Source: Candidatus Eiseniibacteriota bacterium
GTDB taxonomy: Bacteria; Eisenbacteria; RBG-16-71-46
Reading direction: 5' to 3'
NCBI GenBank assembly: GCA_036507005.1
Contig: DASXQT010000075.1
Location: forward strand, 37,178-101,177
DNA length: 64,000 nucleotides
A program made the translations under genes and the position numbers. Positions 63,002-64,000 of this stretch are shown here, piece by piece. Numbering within the stretch: the first letter of the stretch is position 1; each line of letters starts with the position of its first letter. The notes under the pieces were generated by a model that saw only the letters and a program-made list of their open reading frames with translations, ran no database searches and had not been told where the DNA came from.

Positions 63002-64000
63002 GTGACGATCGCTTACGACCTGCGCTATGCCTGCGACCACTTCGTCGGCATCGCCACCTACGCCCACGCCGTGCTCGACGCCCTGCTCACGCTGCCGGGA
63101 GACGAGCGCTACGTCGTGCTCTGGGATCCGCGCCAGCGCCAGTCGCGCTTCGAGCTGTCGGGTCTGCGCTCCCACCCGCGCGTGGCCTGGGTCGAGAAGC
63201 CTTTCGCGCCGCTCGGGCTGCTCGCCATGGCGCGGGTCGGCGCCTGGCTCCGCGCGCTCGGGCCCGCGGCCTACTTCAGCCCGTTTCACCTGCTCCCGTT
63301 CCGGCCGGCGTGCCCCTGCATCGTCACCATTCACGACGTGCGTCCCCTACGGTACATCTCCGAGCTGTCTCCATGGCGGCTTGCGCCGTACCGCTGGGGC
63401 CTGGTCCGCGCGACGCGCGCGCGGGTCATCGTGACCGTGAGCGAGTTCAGCCGGCAGGAGGTGCTGGCGATGCTCCCCGCGGTTCCCGATCGGGTGCGCA
63501 CCGTGCACCCCGGCGTGCACCAGGGGCTGCGGCGGGCCGAGCCCCGCAGGCCCGACGGAATGCCCTCCCGTGAGTTCGGTCTGGTGGTCGGGGACAATCG
63601 CCCGCACAAGAACCTCTCGGTTCTGGCGCGGGCGTGGTCCCGGCTCGGAGATCCGCCGCCGCTCGAGTTGGTCGCCGTGGGTCCCACCCACGGCCGCTAT
63701 CCAGGGCTAACAGAGCTCGCTCGCCGCTCGGGGGCCCGCGCAGTTCACCTGGGACGGCGGACCGATGCGGAGCTGGCCTGGCTCTACGCCAACGCCACAA
63801 TCATGCTGTTCCCAAGCCTCTACGAGGGATTCGGCTCACCCCTGGTCGAAGCCCTCCAGCAGGGGGTCCCCGCGGTCGTCTCGGACATCCCCGCGTTCCG
63901 GGAGATCGCGGACGGCGCGGCGCGATTCGTGCCGCCCCATTCGCCGGAAGCATGGGCTGCCGAGGTGCGGCGCCTGCTCGCGGACGGGGACGAGCGCGTG
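63002..64000 (+). CDS. GT4 family glycosyltransferase (3' end outside window)
   Basis: GTG 63002. Frame is open to the window end. ...NLSVLARAW...IMLFPSLYEGFGSPLVEALQQGVPAVVSD is the GT4 C-terminal signature. Confidence 0.7.
   Translation, partial: MTIAYDLRYACDHFVGIATYAHAVLDALLTLPGDERYVVLWDPRQRQSRFELSGLRSHPRVAWVEKPFAPLGLLAMARVGAWLRALGPAAYFSPFHLLPFRPACPCIVTIHDVRPLRYISELSPWRLAPYRWGLVRATRARVIVTVSEFSRQEVLAMLPAVPDRVRTVHPGVHQGLRRAEPRRPDGMPSREFGLVVGDNRPHKNLSVLARAWSRLGDPPPLELVAVGPTHGRYPGLTELARRSGARAVHLGRRTDAELAWLYANATIMLFPSLYEGFGSPLVEALQQGVPAVVSDIPAFREIADGAARFVPPHSPEAWAAEVRRLLADGDERV

Overview
The window is a 64 kb stretch of a very GC-rich (about 70%) bacterial chromosome, coded almost entirely on the + strand. 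It is mostly housekeeping, with a few lower-GC islets and many 4-nt ATGA/GTGA/TTGA stop-start overlaps.

Gene order as read from the sequence:
- (i) an enoyl-CoA hydratase, then a biotin carboxylase split from its BT/BCCP domain, then a GT39 (ArnT/PMT-like) TPR membrane glycosyltransferase;
- (ii) an isolated IS3-type OrfA remnant, a secreted protein and a 615-bp repeat-rich non-coding region;
- (iii) the conserved ybeZ (phoH-like) / pgpH (7TM-HD) / ybeY block, followed by a low-GC ORF6N gene, a TonB-C protein, a DUF502 protein, recO and glyQ-glyS;
- (iv) a low-GC islet with a tandem YHS-domain secreted protein interrupted by an in-frame TGA, a Cys-rich secreted protein and a 1002-aa repeat protein with a T9SS/FlgD-Ig-like C-terminal sorting domain;
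- (v) a pyrimidine locus pyrR ... pyrB-pyrC-[TPR lipoprotein]-pyrK-pyrD-pyrF, with ada-ogt inserted between pyrR and pyrB;
- (vi) an ECF sigma / anti-sigma pair, an OPT transporter and two secreted proteins;
- (vii) a GT4 gene, a beta-propeller-like repeat protein and an arylsulfotransferase, both with T9SS sorting domains;
- (viii) a roughly 17 kb surface-polysaccharide cluster: gmd, wzx, rmd, ugd, an RmlC-like cupin, rfbB, wza, wzz, a second wzx, two GT4 genes, an antisense wzy-like gene, a SAM methyltransferase and a partial third GT4.

No rRNA, tRNA or CRISPR was found. Most long antisense or out-of-frame ORFs in the track are high-GC artefacts.

The most unusual signal is the in-frame UGA at 17906-17908. 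It lies exactly at the conserved FC[S]xxC position of a YHS metal-binding domain, and a 19-nt hairpin starts 13 nt downstream. This is a candidate selenocysteine site, or else a nonsense lesion.
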